Source: an uncultured Eubacteriales bacterium (GTDB lineage Bacteria; Bacillota; Clostridia; Oscillospirales; Ruminococcaceae). From it: DNA of 46,625 nt. The notes under the pieces were generated by a model. It worked only from the letters and a program-made list of their open reading frames with translations, did not search any database and was not told the DNA's origin. The translations under genes and the position numbers were made by a program. The stretch spans positions 1 through 46,625 of the forward strand of contig ONLC01000001.1 of assembly GCA_900318545.1 (NCBI GenBank), in the 5' to 3' direction. Shown here piece by piece: positions 7,322 to 17,080 of the stretch; positions within the stretch are counted from its first letter, which is position 1; every line of letters starts with the position of its first letter.

Positions 7322-9849
7322 TCTGTAATACCTCCTTCAACACAATCTTCAAGCGGAATGATCTTTCCGTCTACCTCAGCCTGGCTGAGCTTTGTATCCA
7401 CCTTAATAACCACATCAGAAGCACCGTCCTTGGTGTAGGTAGTTGTGAATACGGTTCCGTCCTCGTTTCTTTCGTAGCTCTTGATAGTGTAATCAGAAAC
7501 TCCTGCGAGGATCTGCTGTGCAGCCTTGTACTGCTTAGCTGCCATATCCGTCCAGCCCTCATAATGAGTGTAATACAGGTTGTCATAATCTGTATCCTGG
7601 AGGGTATCTGCGTCAACATAGGTCAGATCGTAGTGGATCTGCGAGCCTGATGCCAGCGAGAGGTAGAATACCTCGTCTGTGTTAGAGCTCTTGTTTACCG
7701 ATGTCGATGCATAATCAAGGTAGCCGTGGATCACCATCTGATAGAATGGTATATCGTAATCAGTAACGTTAAAGCTGCTCGAGTAAACAGGTATATTTGA
7801 AACCTTGTTTACATAAGGCAGGACATAAGCGTTTGCACCCGAGGCGTAAACTGTCTTTTCCTGACCCTTTGCCTTCTCATATCCGTCTGTCAGGGTCTTC
7901 ATTGTCTGAGATCTTGACGATGACTCGCTGTTTGTGAAATCAGAAACGAGTCTTGACGAATAGTAGCCGAAGCCTACAGCGTCGATCTTCTCATCAGCGT
8001 AGCTGTCGAGCATCTCCTGGAATACCTTTGAGTACTTATTCGGAGTCAGCAGTGCGGGAGCAACTCCCTTTTCTGCAACACCGAATGCAGGGCTGTAGGA
8101 TGACTGTCTTGAGTAAGCGTTTGAAACTCTGATAGCTGTGCTCGTGAGGGTCATATAGCCCCATGAGCTTGATGCCATCGTGAAGTTATTCATTGAGGGA
8201 ACGATCTCGATGTTTTCATCAAGTCCGAGAAGGTCCTTGAAGTCGCTGCTTCCGCCGAGTGTGCCCGAGGCATCAGCATCGGTGGATATCTTCTGCTTGA
8301 TCGAGTCGTTTGTCCAGTCATTGTAATTGACTGTCATTGAAGATACACCGTCGTCCTTGAAGCCGTTGAGTATCTCCTTTGCCTGATTGAAGCCTGTTAT
8401 CTCAGTCTTGAGGTTGAATGGGATACCAAGAATTGAAGTATCCTTCATTACGCCGCCGTAGAAGTCAATGTAAAGGTCATTGTTATTGGCGGTAGCCTTC
8501 TTTTCAAGTCCCTTCTCATTAACGAGGTAGTTTCTGTAGACCTCAGCACAGTCAGCGTAGTTAAGATCTCCGCTCTTGCTGTCGATCGGGTAGTAGCGGA
8601 CACCAAACCTGTCGGTCTTGATGTCGCCCTTCTCGAATACGGTCAGCCTTGTGGAGCTGTCACCGCTCATGAAGAAGGTATCTGTGCTCTTGACCTCGAA
8701 CTCGAAGTAGCAGTTGTTATATGCCTGCTTCTGCTGTCCGCAGACCTGAGCGTGAGCGTACACGTTAGCATCTCCGTCAGAGGCTACCATAACAACGCCC
8801 TTGTTTCCGGAAACTGTAGCCATTACAGGGAGATACGCCTGCTGAGTTACACGGGGAGCTGTCAGCGGAACTGCTGTGTAATCTCTGCCGTAAACCTGCT
8901 GGGAGTAATCCTGATAATTGCCTTTTCCGTTGTTGTAGTTTATAACAGCACCTGTACCGTCGGGAACTATCATATAGCCCTCAGCGGTGGACTCAGCTGC
9001 TGCAAAGTACGGCATTATCTGAAGCTTGGTAAGTATATGTCCGTCAAGTGAGGACTTGTTTACCTCTTCGATATCTTCCTTATCAACATAAGCATAGAGG
9101 TAATCATCACCTAGCTCATAATTGATCTTATAAGCGATATCGTACTTGTTCTTTGAATTCTTGATCCTGTACTTAACAGTCTCAACGATCTTGTCGCCCT
9201 TGACCTCCCAATCTACATTACACTTGTTGGTGTATGTAACGGAGGACTCACCACGGTTTGTCTCACCGATGTCTCCTGTCTTGAAGCCCGAGGTCGAAGC
9301 TACCTGCTTACGCTGTGCGGAAGCCATATCTCTACCCTTATCGGCATCAAGGATAGTTGTATCGGTCTCAACATTGATAGGTGACGACCACCATACCGAG
9401 CCTGAATCCTTTACCTTAACAGCAAGTCTTTCGTTCTTCTCATCGAGATAGACCTCAAGATTGTTGTTTGAGAGAGCCTTCTCGGCCATTGCGAGAGCCT
9501 CATCATCGGTAAGGGGCTGAACCTCTTCCTCTTCTTCCTCAGCCTTTTCTTCCCCGGCAGCCTCGCTGTCAGCTGCGGAGTCAGTCTCCTCAGCAGCGGA
9601 ATCGTCAGTCTCGGAAGCCTCAGCGGAGTCAGCTGCGGACTCATCAGCGGCTGCTGAGTCGTCAGCGGCAGAGTCATCGGCTGCTGCGGAGTCTTCTGTC
9701 TCTGCGGCAGAATCGGTGCTCTCGGCAGCTGAGTCAGCGGCTGCACTCGAGACCTCATCAGAGGTTGACGAAACAGCCATAGAGCCGAGCGGCATGAGCA
9801 TTGTCAGACAAAGGGCAAATACCATTGCTTTCTTGTAATTTTTCTGCAT
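7318..9849 (-). CDS. Large secreted protein, DUF5696-like
   Basis: Signal peptide, then an acidic S/A/D/E linker, WWSSP, GYMIVPDGTGAVI, QVYGRD, IPFYQMVIHG. Position between Yip1 and permease genes is typical of this family. Confidence 0.75.
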   Translation of the reverse strand: MQKNYKKAMVFALCLTMLMPLGSMAVSSTSDEVSSAAADSAAESTDSAAETEDSAAADDSAADDSAAADESAADSAEASETDDSAAEETDSAADSEAAGEEKAEEEEEEVQPLTDDEALAMAEKALSNNNLEVYLDEKNERLAVKVKDSGSVWWSSPINVETDTTILDADKGRDMASAQRKQVASTSGFKTGDIGETNRGESSVTYTNKCNVDWEVKGDKIVETVKYRIKNSKNKYDIAYKINYELGDDYLYAYVDKEDIEEVNKSSLDGHILTKLQIMPYFAAAESTAEGYMIVPDGTGAVINYNNGKGNYQDYSQQVYGRDYTAVPLTAPRVTQQAYLPVMATVSGNKGVVMVASDGDANVYAHAQVCGQQKQAYNNCYFEFEVKSTDTFFMSGDSSTRLTVFEKGDIKTDRFGVRYYPIDSKSGDLNYADCAEVYRNYLVNEKGLEKKATANNNDLYIDFYGGVMKDTSILGIPFNLKTEITGFNQAKEILNGFKDDGVSSMTVNYNDWTNDSIKQKISTDADASGTLGGSSDFKDLLGLDENIEIVPSMNNFTMASSSWGYMTLTSTAIRVSNAYSRQSSYSPAFGVAEKGVAPALLTPNKYSKVFQEMLDSYADEKIDAVGFGYYSSRLVSDFTNSESSSRSQTMKTLTDGYEKAKGQEKTVYASGANAYVLPYVNKVSNIPVYSSSFNVTDYDIPFYQMVIHGYLDYASTSVNKSSNTDEVFYLSLASGSQIHYDLTYVDADTLQDTDYDNLYYTHYEGWTDMAAKQYKAAQQILAGVSDYTIKSYERNEDGTVFTTTYTKDGASDVVIKVDTKLSQAEVDGKIIPLEDCVEGGITE

Positions 9850-9869
9850 TCTTTACACCACCCTTTCTC

Positions 9870-10499
9870 CTAGCCTCTGATCCTGTACGCGATCTCGGTA
9901 TAGATCGAGTAGCCGAATACATAGACCTGCTGGAAGAGCGAGAGGAGCAGGATCGCAAGGAACAGAATAAGCAGCATTGCGATCAGCGTACCCACTATCG
10001 AAGCAAGGGTCTTTCCGAATGAATACTGGTGAGCAGCTCTCATAGCCTGAATCATCAGGACTACGGACCAGCCTAAACCAAGGTAAGATATTGCAGTGAT
10101 CCAGATGGACTCCTCCTGAACGAGAACGTTCGAGAAGATAACTGCGATAAATGTGCAAACTATGTAGGGAACGAGCGAATACGCAGAGTAGATAAGGATC
10201 CTCTTGAGAGTACCCTCACCGTCGAGGAGCGTACAAATTGCCCAGTTTCCTATAACCCATGTAAAGAAGTATACTACCGACTGAACGAGCAGAGGTACTA
10301 TATTAAATACCTTTACATAGTTGTCATTGAACTGGAAGCCTGTCAGCTGTCTGTCAACTACCATAGCAACGAACAGCAGGAAGACTATTGTGAATGCTAT
10401 CTTCAGGGAGCCCTGCTTTTTCCAGCGGAGATCCTCGAAGCCCTCTACAGGGTGGAAGACACAATGCTTGAGCCAGCCAATCGGCGAAAATTCATACAT
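9870..10499 (-). CDS. Yip1 family membrane protein
   Basis: FHPVEGFEDLR, NWAICTLLDGEG, AYSLVP; about 5 TM helices. Confidence 0.8.
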   Translation of the reverse strand: MYEFSPIGWLKHCVFHPVEGFEDLRWKKQGSLKIAFTIVFLLFVAMVVDRQLTGFQFNDNYVKVFNIVPLLVQSVVYFFTWVIGNWAICTLLDGEGTLKRILIYSAYSLVPYIVCTFIAVIFSNVLVQEESIWITAISYLGLGWSVVLMIQAMRAAHQYSFGKTLASIVGTLIAMLLILFLAILLLSLFQQVYVFGYSIYTEIAYRIRG

Positions 10500-10500
10500 A

Positions 10501-12114
10501 CTAGTCTCCCCCCTTAATAATAGTTCTCAGGAATTTCTGAACGCCGTGGCGTCTCAGAATATTAAATGCGATCAAAACAACTATCAGACCGATAATAATT
10601 ATCATTATAGCAGTGAAGTGCTTTCTGAGGAATTCCTCTCTTGCATACTTGAACGCCTTGTCATAATCGTCCTGGTCATACGAGGTCTTGAAGTAATCAA
10701 GAGCCTTGCTGTACTCGCCCTCAGTAAGAGCAGCCTTGCCGAGACCTGTATATGCGAGTGCATAACCGCCGTCTCTCTTGACTACCTCTTCCCACTCGGG
10801 CTTAGCGTCAACGTAGCGGCCCTCATCGTAAAGAGCAACTGCCGAATGTACGTAGTGACCGAAGGTGGTCTCTGTGTAGATCGTGATGTCGTTCTTGGAG
10901 CCGTCAAGAATGAAGATCTCATTTCCTACAGCCTCGATAGCGTTCGGGCTGGTGAAGCTTCCCTCCTGATCGGAGGTTGAGTTCTTCGTACCGAAGATAC
11001 AAAGCAGGTTACAGAGCTTGTCGTACTGGAACACACGGCCGTTCTCGAAGTCAAGAATGTTTATTGTGCCGTTGTCCGAAACAACTATATCAGTAAGTCT
11101 GCACTTGTAGCTCTTATTTGATGTGGGGTCGTACTCGGTTGTAAGATCACCGAACTTGTACTCATCACCGACCGAGTTATCCCAGATGTTATATCCGGCC
11201 GGGTTAAGCTTCTTAACAGCGTCTGTCTGGGCATTAGCAGCCTCAGTAACTGTATAAACGAAGCCGTCGTCGTCGATATCGAAGTTTGCATACTCAACAG
11301 GAACGTTTCTCTTCATTCCCTGAATCTGCTCGTTCGATGCGATCTTTCTCCAGAGCTGCTGAGCTATAACGGCTGCCGTTACCTCAACTCGGTTTGCACC
11401 GTAGAAGCCCTGGAACTCGCCTGCGGCATTGAACTGAACCGCACCCGAGGTTATCGACTTACAAACGCAGTAAACATTTTCTGCTGCATCTGCAAGTATC
11501 TTCGAGGGATTGAAAACCTTGGAGTCATAAAGCTTTGTTTCGGGCTTTAAGTACTCCTGAACGAGCTCAAGCTGTGTGTCGGATTTTACCGTACACTTAA
11601 CTGCTCTTGAATTGTCGGCATCTGCGATATAAACGTAGAGCTTACCGTCAAAAAGGCTTTCCTTTACATAGATACCCGAGGGTCCGTCGAAGGTGGAAAC
11701 ACCGTCATCTCTGACAGCTATCTCAGTATCACCGAGGACTCCCTCAAAGCAGCCTGTAATTTTCAGGTCCTTGGAAAGCCTCAGTATTCTGTCGTTTCCG
11801 GTATCGCATACCCAGAAGGTATCATTATCGTGGTCATAGAACAGATCCTTTGCGTCCTTCATTGTGGAGGGAGCCTCCTCGCTGATAAACAGCTTGTCAG
11901 AAGGATCGGAAAGCCTGTCAAGACCCATATCCGCACCCGTTACAGCAACATCTACACGGTAGGCACTCTGCGAGGGTATCGCTGCCTCCCAATAGTCGTA
12001 GTTGTAAGCGGTGTACGGTTCATCAGCGAAGGCGGCGGTCGTCATGGTGAGAGCCATAGCGGCTGCCAGAGCCGATGTTACTATTCTTTTGATAGAATTT
12101 TTATAACTCAACAC
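10501..12114 (-). CDS. Secreted NHL-repeat (beta-propeller) and TPR protein with C-terminal membrane anchor
   Basis: Signal peptide AFA-DEPY; NHL-like WVCDTGNDRI and YIADADNSR; TPR-like AYTGLGKAAL; C-terminal hydrophobic helix. Confidence 0.8.
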   Translation of the reverse strand: MLSYKNSIKRIVTSALAAAMALTMTTAAFADEPYTAYNYDYWEAAIPSQSAYRVDVAVTGADMGLDRLSDPSDKLFISEEAPSTMKDAKDLFYDHDNDTFWVCDTGNDRILRLSKDLKITGCFEGVLGDTEIAVRDDGVSTFDGPSGIYVKESLFDGKLYVYIADADNSRAVKCTVKSDTQLELVQEYLKPETKLYDSKVFNPSKILADAAENVYCVCKSITSGAVQFNAAGEFQGFYGANRVEVTAAVIAQQLWRKIASNEQIQGMKRNVPVEYANFDIDDDGFVYTVTEAANAQTDAVKKLNPAGYNIWDNSVGDEYKFGDLTTEYDPTSNKSYKCRLTDIVVSDNGTINILDFENGRVFQYDKLCNLLCIFGTKNSTSDQEGSFTSPNAIEAVGNEIFILDGSKNDITIYTETTFGHYVHSAVALYDEGRYVDAKPEWEEVVKRDGGYALAYTGLGKAALTEGEYSKALDYFKTSYDQDDYDKAFKYAREEFLRKHFTAIMIIIIGLIVVLIAFNILRRHGVQKFLRTIIKGGD

Positions 12115-12153
12115 TACTTATCACCTGTTTCCTTTTCATTCTAAAGTTCATCA

Positions 12154-13059
12154 TTAATCCTTCATACCTGAGTTAGCCATTGTCTCCATGACATTACCCT
12201 GTGCAATAAGGAATACAACGAGTGGTGGTATCAGAAGTACCACAGCGGCTGCGAAGGTTACACCCTGACGGGCAAGACCTGCAAGCGTGATCTGCTGTAC
12301 AACTGTAGGTAGTGTTTTGAGCTCCTCAGAGTAGATAAGAGCTCCGCCCTGAATGTTCCAGGCACCCTGGAATGCGAAGATGATAAGTGTCATCAGTGCA
12401 GGCTTGGAGTTCGGAACAACGATCTGCCAGCAAATTCTGAACAGTCCTGCTCCGTCCACCTTTGCAGCCTCGACCATTGAATCGTGGATCGTAGTCATAC
12501 TCTGACGCATGAGGTACAGACCCATTGCAGTCGAAACGCTCGGGAGGATAAGTGCCCAGTAGGTATCGATCATGTGCAGCTTCGACATAATAAGGAAGGA
12601 CATGATCCATGTTGCGTTCGAGGAGAACAGCAGGGCGATTACTATGATCTGATTGATTATCTTACTGCCGGGGAACTTGCACTTTGAAAGAACAAATGCG
12701 GCACAGCAGCAAACAAAAAGGTTTGCAGCACAGATAACTATTGTGATGAATACGCTGTTGAAGATGTATCTCGAAAGAGGTACCTGCCACGAGCTTGCAG
12801 CGACCTTGAACATATCCGAGAAGTTATTGGTCGTCGGGTTCAGGACGTAGAGCTTAGGCGGGAACACGAACAGCTCTTCTACCGGCTTCATCGACTGTAT
12901 AATTGAGTAATACAGCGGGAAGACCATAAACAATCCAAGCAGACAGAGGAAGACGAATATTGCAATATCTCCGCCCAGCGAGCCGTTGACTCTCTTCTTC
13001 TTTTCGCTGACCTTCAGCTTTTCGATCGACTGCTGCTTTTTTCTTCTTTTTCTTGCCAT
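12154..13059 (-). CDS. Carbohydrate ABC transporter permease (MalG-like)
   Basis: KPVEELFVFPP; EAA loop MVEAAKVDGAG; KTLP. Confidence 0.92.
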   Translation of the reverse strand: MARKRRKKQQSIEKLKVSEKKKRVNGSLGGDIAIFVFLCLLGLFMVFPLYYSIIQSMKPVEELFVFPPKLYVLNPTTNNFSDMFKVAASSWQVPLSRYIFNSVFITIVICAANLFVCCCAAFVLSKCKFPGSKIINQIIVIALLFSSNATWIMSFLIMSKLHMIDTYWALILPSVSTAMGLYLMRQSMTTIHDSMVEAAKVDGAGLFRICWQIVVPNSKPALMTLIIFAFQGAWNIQGGALIYSEELKTLPTVVQQITLAGLARQGVTFAAAVVLLIPPLVVFLIAQGNVMETMANSGMKD

Positions 13060-13075
13060 TTATGTCTCCCCCCTT

Positions 13076-14008
13076 CTAATCAAGATACTTACCTAGCAGC
13101 CAGTTGATGCCCTTATTAGCCAAAAGCATCGCGGCGAACAGAACGAAGCATATTGCAGACGCATAACCCATCTCATATCTGATGGAGCCGTAGTCTGTAG
13201 CGTGGTTCATGATCGTGTGAGCTGCATAGTCTGTGGAAGGAAGACCTACAAGGTTCTGGCCTACCATACCTACTGTGAATGATGAGGAGATCTGGATAAC
13301 AGCTGCGAACAGAAGCTGAGGTCCCATTGAAGGAATGGTAATCATAAAGAGCTCCTGCCATCTGTTCTTGATACCCTCGATAGCGCCTGCCTCGTACATC
13401 GACTTGTCGATGTTCTGGAAGCCTGCTCTGATAGCAAGGAAGCCTGCACCCATCGACATCCAGAGCTGAACTATGATAACTACTGTAAGAATGTAGTTCG
13501 TATCTGTCAGCCACTGAGCAGGTGAGTTCAGTATTCCGAGATCCATAAGGATCGCATTGAGGTAACCGTAGGAGTCACCCGACAGGATCAGCTGCCAGGT
13601 AACGTATACGGAGGTCGTCATAGACGGTGCATAGTAAACGAATGTGAAGAATGTTTTCCAGAAGTTGCTCATCTCGTTTATCAGCCACGCAATAAGGAAG
13701 CTGAGAACGTAGGAGAACGGACCTGTAAAGATCGCAAAGATAAGAGTATTTCTTACAGCGATCAGGAAAACGTCATCGTTTAAGAACAGAGTATAGAAAT
13801 TTGAAAGACCTACGAATTTCGGAGTTTCGATCATATTGAAGTTCGTAAAGCCTATCGGGAGCGACATTACAACGGGTGCTACCGTGAATATCAGGAAGAA
13901 GAGCATAAAGGGAAGAAGCATTATGTAGCAAGCCTTATTGGTCTTCATCATGTGCCAGGTATATTTCCATCTACCCTGCCTAATCATCGGCTGATCATTA
14001 TTGGCCAT
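13076..14008 (-). CDS. Carbohydrate ABC transporter permease (MalF-like)
   Basis: FVGLSNF, YYAPS, MYEAGAIEG, YEMGYASA. Confidence 0.92.
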   Translation of the reverse strand: MANNDQPMIRQGRWKYTWHMMKTNKACYIMLLPFMLFFLIFTVAPVVMSLPIGFTNFNMIETPKFVGLSNFYTLFLNDDVFLIAVRNTLIFAIFTGPFSYVLSFLIAWLINEMSNFWKTFFTFVYYAPSMTTSVYVTWQLILSGDSYGYLNAILMDLGILNSPAQWLTDTNYILTVVIIVQLWMSMGAGFLAIRAGFQNIDKSMYEAGAIEGIKNRWQELFMITIPSMGPQLLFAAVIQISSSFTVGMVGQNLVGLPSTDYAAHTIMNHATDYGSIRYEMGYASAICFVLFAAMLLANKGINWLLGKYLD

Positions 14009-14028
14009 AAATCACTACTCCCCTTTCT

Positions 14029-16959
14029 TTAATCCTTCTTGTACAGATCAAGGTCTTCAAGCTTACGAGTGATCTCGTCGTTGATGTCCTTATTGTACCA
14101 GAACAGAGTGTCTCTTGCATTCTCGTACTTGTTTACAACAGTTCTGAATGCATTCATGATATTTCTTGTTACACCGTAGGAAGCAGGAATAATAGGTATT
14201 TCTACCTGCTGCTCGAGCTGATCATAGAGGCTCTGTACCTCAGATGTTGTCCACGAAAGCTGTGAGAGTGCCTCAACGTTTGCAGTGTCGAAACGTCCCA
14301 TAGTTCCGAGGATAGACTCGATGTTGTTTCCGTACTTGACCTGTGTATCGGTGGATGTGAACCACTTGATGAATTCCCATGCACCCTGCTGGTCAGGAGC
14401 CTTTGTGAAGATGATAGCGCCCGAGCCGTTGGAGTTAGCCGCATGGTTTATAGTTCCGTCAGCCTGCTTTGTTCCGGGAACGGGCTGGAAGCCCCAGCAG
14501 CCCTTGATCTCAGGTGCTGCAACTGAAAGCTGGTTGAAGAAGGTGTAGTTCTGAATAACTACAGGCATATCTCCCATTCTGAAACGTGAGAATGCGTCAT
14601 AAGTCTGCTGGAAGCTGTATGTAGTATAGAACTTGGTCCATGTATCAAATGCATCGATAGCTTCCTGAGAATCGAATGTAGTAGCGGCCTGCTCATCGTT
14701 GTAGTAGTTGAGTCCCTGCTGCAGCAGAAGCATTGCAAATGTGTTTCCGGGCTCTGTGATAGCAGATACATAGGTTGTACCGCCCACACTTGCCATTGCA
14801 GGAAGGATAAGACCTACCTCGAGGTAGTTTCTCTGAAGAGTCGGCAGACAGTTGAGGAGTCCGTCCCAGGTAGCCAGGTCTGTTGCAGGGTCGATGTCAT
14901 ACTCTTCAAGAACGTCTGAACGATAGAACAGCATCGGGAAGGTCTGGCTGACAGGCAGTCCGTAAACGCCGTCGTTATACTCATAAAGTACTGTTGCGTC
15001 CTTAGCGAATCTTGTAGTTACCTCCTCATAATCATCGAAGGTTTTGAGGTCGGTAAGCACTCCTCTTGCAGCAAGCTGAATCGGGAAGTCACCGCCCATG
15101 AACAGTGCAAGGTCAGGACCCTTGCCTGCGAAGGTAGCCTCAACGATACCGCCCTGAACGAGCTTCAGATTGATCTGAGTATCGTAGTTCGGATTAAAGT
15201 CACTGGTAATGAGCTGCTGAACAGCCTCTGCGTTATCACGGCCGAGGGATACCCAGCACTCCATTGACTCTCCGCCGTCATCGTCGGAAATGGAGTTGTA
15301 ATCCTCCCAGAATGAACCCATGAATGCCTGGAAGCCGTAGCTCAGTGAGCCGAAGAACGAAGAATCAGCAGATGTGAAATCCTTGTCCTTGGTAGCAACC
15401 TCGATCATATCTACCTCGAGGGGCTGCTCACGGTACTGGTTAATAAAGGTTGAAAGAGCTGTAACGTTATCCTTGATCTGCGACATCATCTCAGGGATAA
15501 GGTCAGGCTTCTTTATACACTTGTCAAGAACGATAGCCATTTTTTCAAGAGTCTCGGCTTCCGTTCCGCCCGAGCCCGACAGATCCTCGATCTGCTTCTT
15601 CTGGTCTCTGAGCTGGCTTGCATAAGCCTTGAAATCAGGAATGATAGAAGGGATAGCCTGATCTATCATATAGTTATTGTACTCATCGGGGTCAGGTCCT
15701 GTGATCTGACGAATCTGACGGTAGTAGCTGTTGATAGCATAAACAGTCTCATCAAGGCGGCCCATGATCTCGCCGATCTCACCGGGAACAGCTTCAAGCG
15801 AGATGTAGTTTGTACCTGCCTTGAGCTCGAAGTACATTATGTCTCCGTTCTCAGCCTTAGGCACAGTTACCTGCCAGTCGGTATCGTAATAGAACTTGAT
15901 CTGATCTGCTTCGAGGCAGGGAACCTCGCCGTTTATGAGGAGTCGTCTGTTGGAGTACATACCTCTCATCTGATCCTGTCTTGCTCTGATGCCGAGCTTG
16001 TAGAAGCCTGCTTCCTTGACATCGATCATCCATGTAACGGTCTGTGTGGACTGAGTCCAGCTTCCCGATCCGATGGTGTTGTATCTTGTCTTTGTAGGGC
16101 TCGAACCGTTCACGCAGGAGGTGATGTAGGAGCTCTTATCTGCAGTAGGATAAAGTGTTCTCGCTGATTTATAGTCCGCAGTCTCTCCCTCGAGAGTTAT
16201 CAGCTGTCCGCTGGCCATGGAAAGCTGACTGTCATCGGGAGCAGAGTAAGGCTCGGGAGCCTTATACTGATAGAGAGTGAAGTACTCTATAGCAAACTCT
16301 GCCTTCTCGGACTCAAAGGTGAAGGTATGGTCACCCTTTTCAAGGTAGAACTCGAGAGGCTCATTATAGAGACCGTCTATATCCTCGAACGAGAGCTCCT
16401 GCCAGCAAGGCTGAGAAACCTGTCCGGGACGGATATCGTTCTGTCTTGAATCCTGTTTTATTTCTGATTCGTTCACCCATCTCTTAGGAAGAGTAATTCT
16501 TCCTGCTGTAGAGTATGGAACCTTACCGTCGATAGCGAGTGAAAACTCGACATCGTTGGTATTGCTGTCGAGAGCATAATAGCTCATTTTGATGTTATAC
16601 ACGCCTGTTTCGGGAACGTTCACCTTATACGAAACGGAGCCCTCCTGATTAGCCCACTGCAAAACATCGCTTTTTCCGCCAACATCAGTTACTGATAACT
16701 CAGCACCGTCAACGGAGGTAGGGTCATAATCCTTACCCATGACCTGAACTTCCTTGTCAGGTCTGGCCTCGTCAGCATACTTGTCTACATAATTGGTGTA
16801 GGAAGTCTGCCTCAGAGAATCGGTACCGGTAGTTCTTGTCGCCGAACTATCCGATTTTGACGCATTATCATCTGCCGCAAAAGCACCTATGCCGCATGAG
16901 CAGCAAAGAGCCAGTGCGAGGGCCGAGCTTATAACACGTCTGAACCTTGTGTCCTTCAC
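14029..16959 (-). CDS. Very large extracellular solute-binding protein (about 976 aa): N-terminal beta-sandwich/CBM-like region plus C-terminal family-1 SBP domain
   Basis: GTG start after an AAGGTGG RBS; signal peptide ending AFA; C-terminal GPDLA, YGLPVSQTFPMLFYRSD, AWEFIKWFTS. Confidence 0.85.
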   Translation of the reverse strand: MKDTRFRRVISSALALALCCSCGIGAFAADDNASKSDSSATRTTGTDSLRQTSYTNYVDKYADEARPDKEVQVMGKDYDPTSVDGAELSVTDVGGKSDVLQWANQEGSVSYKVNVPETGVYNIKMSYYALDSNTNDVEFSLAIDGKVPYSTAGRITLPKRWVNESEIKQDSRQNDIRPGQVSQPCWQELSFEDIDGLYNEPLEFYLEKGDHTFTFESEKAEFAIEYFTLYQYKAPEPYSAPDDSQLSMASGQLITLEGETADYKSARTLYPTADKSSYITSCVNGSSPTKTRYNTIGSGSWTQSTQTVTWMIDVKEAGFYKLGIRARQDQMRGMYSNRRLLINGEVPCLEADQIKFYYDTDWQVTVPKAENGDIMYFELKAGTNYISLEAVPGEIGEIMGRLDETVYAINSYYRQIRQITGPDPDEYNNYMIDQAIPSIIPDFKAYASQLRDQKKQIEDLSGSGGTEAETLEKMAIVLDKCIKKPDLIPEMMSQIKDNVTALSTFINQYREQPLEVDMIEVATKDKDFTSADSSFFGSLSYGFQAFMGSFWEDYNSISDDDGGESMECWVSLGRDNAEAVQQLITSDFNPNYDTQINLKLVQGGIVEATFAGKGPDLALFMGGDFPIQLAARGVLTDLKTFDDYEEVTTRFAKDATVLYEYNDGVYGLPVSQTFPMLFYRSDVLEEYDIDPATDLATWDGLLNCLPTLQRNYLEVGLILPAMASVGGTTYVSAITEPGNTFAMLLLQQGLNYYNDEQAATTFDSQEAIDAFDTWTKFYTTYSFQQTYDAFSRFRMGDMPVVIQNYTFFNQLSVAAPEIKGCWGFQPVPGTKQADGTINHAANSNGSGAIIFTKAPDQQGAWEFIKWFTSTDTQVKYGNNIESILGTMGRFDTANVEALSQLSWTTSEVQSLYDQLEQQVEIPIIPASYGVTRNIMNAFRTVVNKYENARDTLFWYNKDINDEITRKLEDLDLYKKD

Positions 16960-17080
16960 TTGTGAATCCACCTTTCTCATAATGATCATTTTGCGAGAAT
17001 CACACCTACTTATATATTATACATTATAAATAGTATATAGATCCCAATAATTAAAACCCAAAGGGTAATAACCTTTTTCA

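Noticed and set aside
9520-9770. Repetitive DNA in the DUF5696-like gene as a tandem repeat or VNTR
   Set aside because: It is a degenerate low-complexity coding linker (DSAA-type units) without exact nucleotide periodicity.
10321-10980. 219-aa plus-strand ORF and similar long antisense ORFs (e.g. 29018-29638, 35703-36365, 38409-39032, 45988-46518)
   Set aside because: They overlap well-supported genes on the opposite strand and are explained by codon bias.
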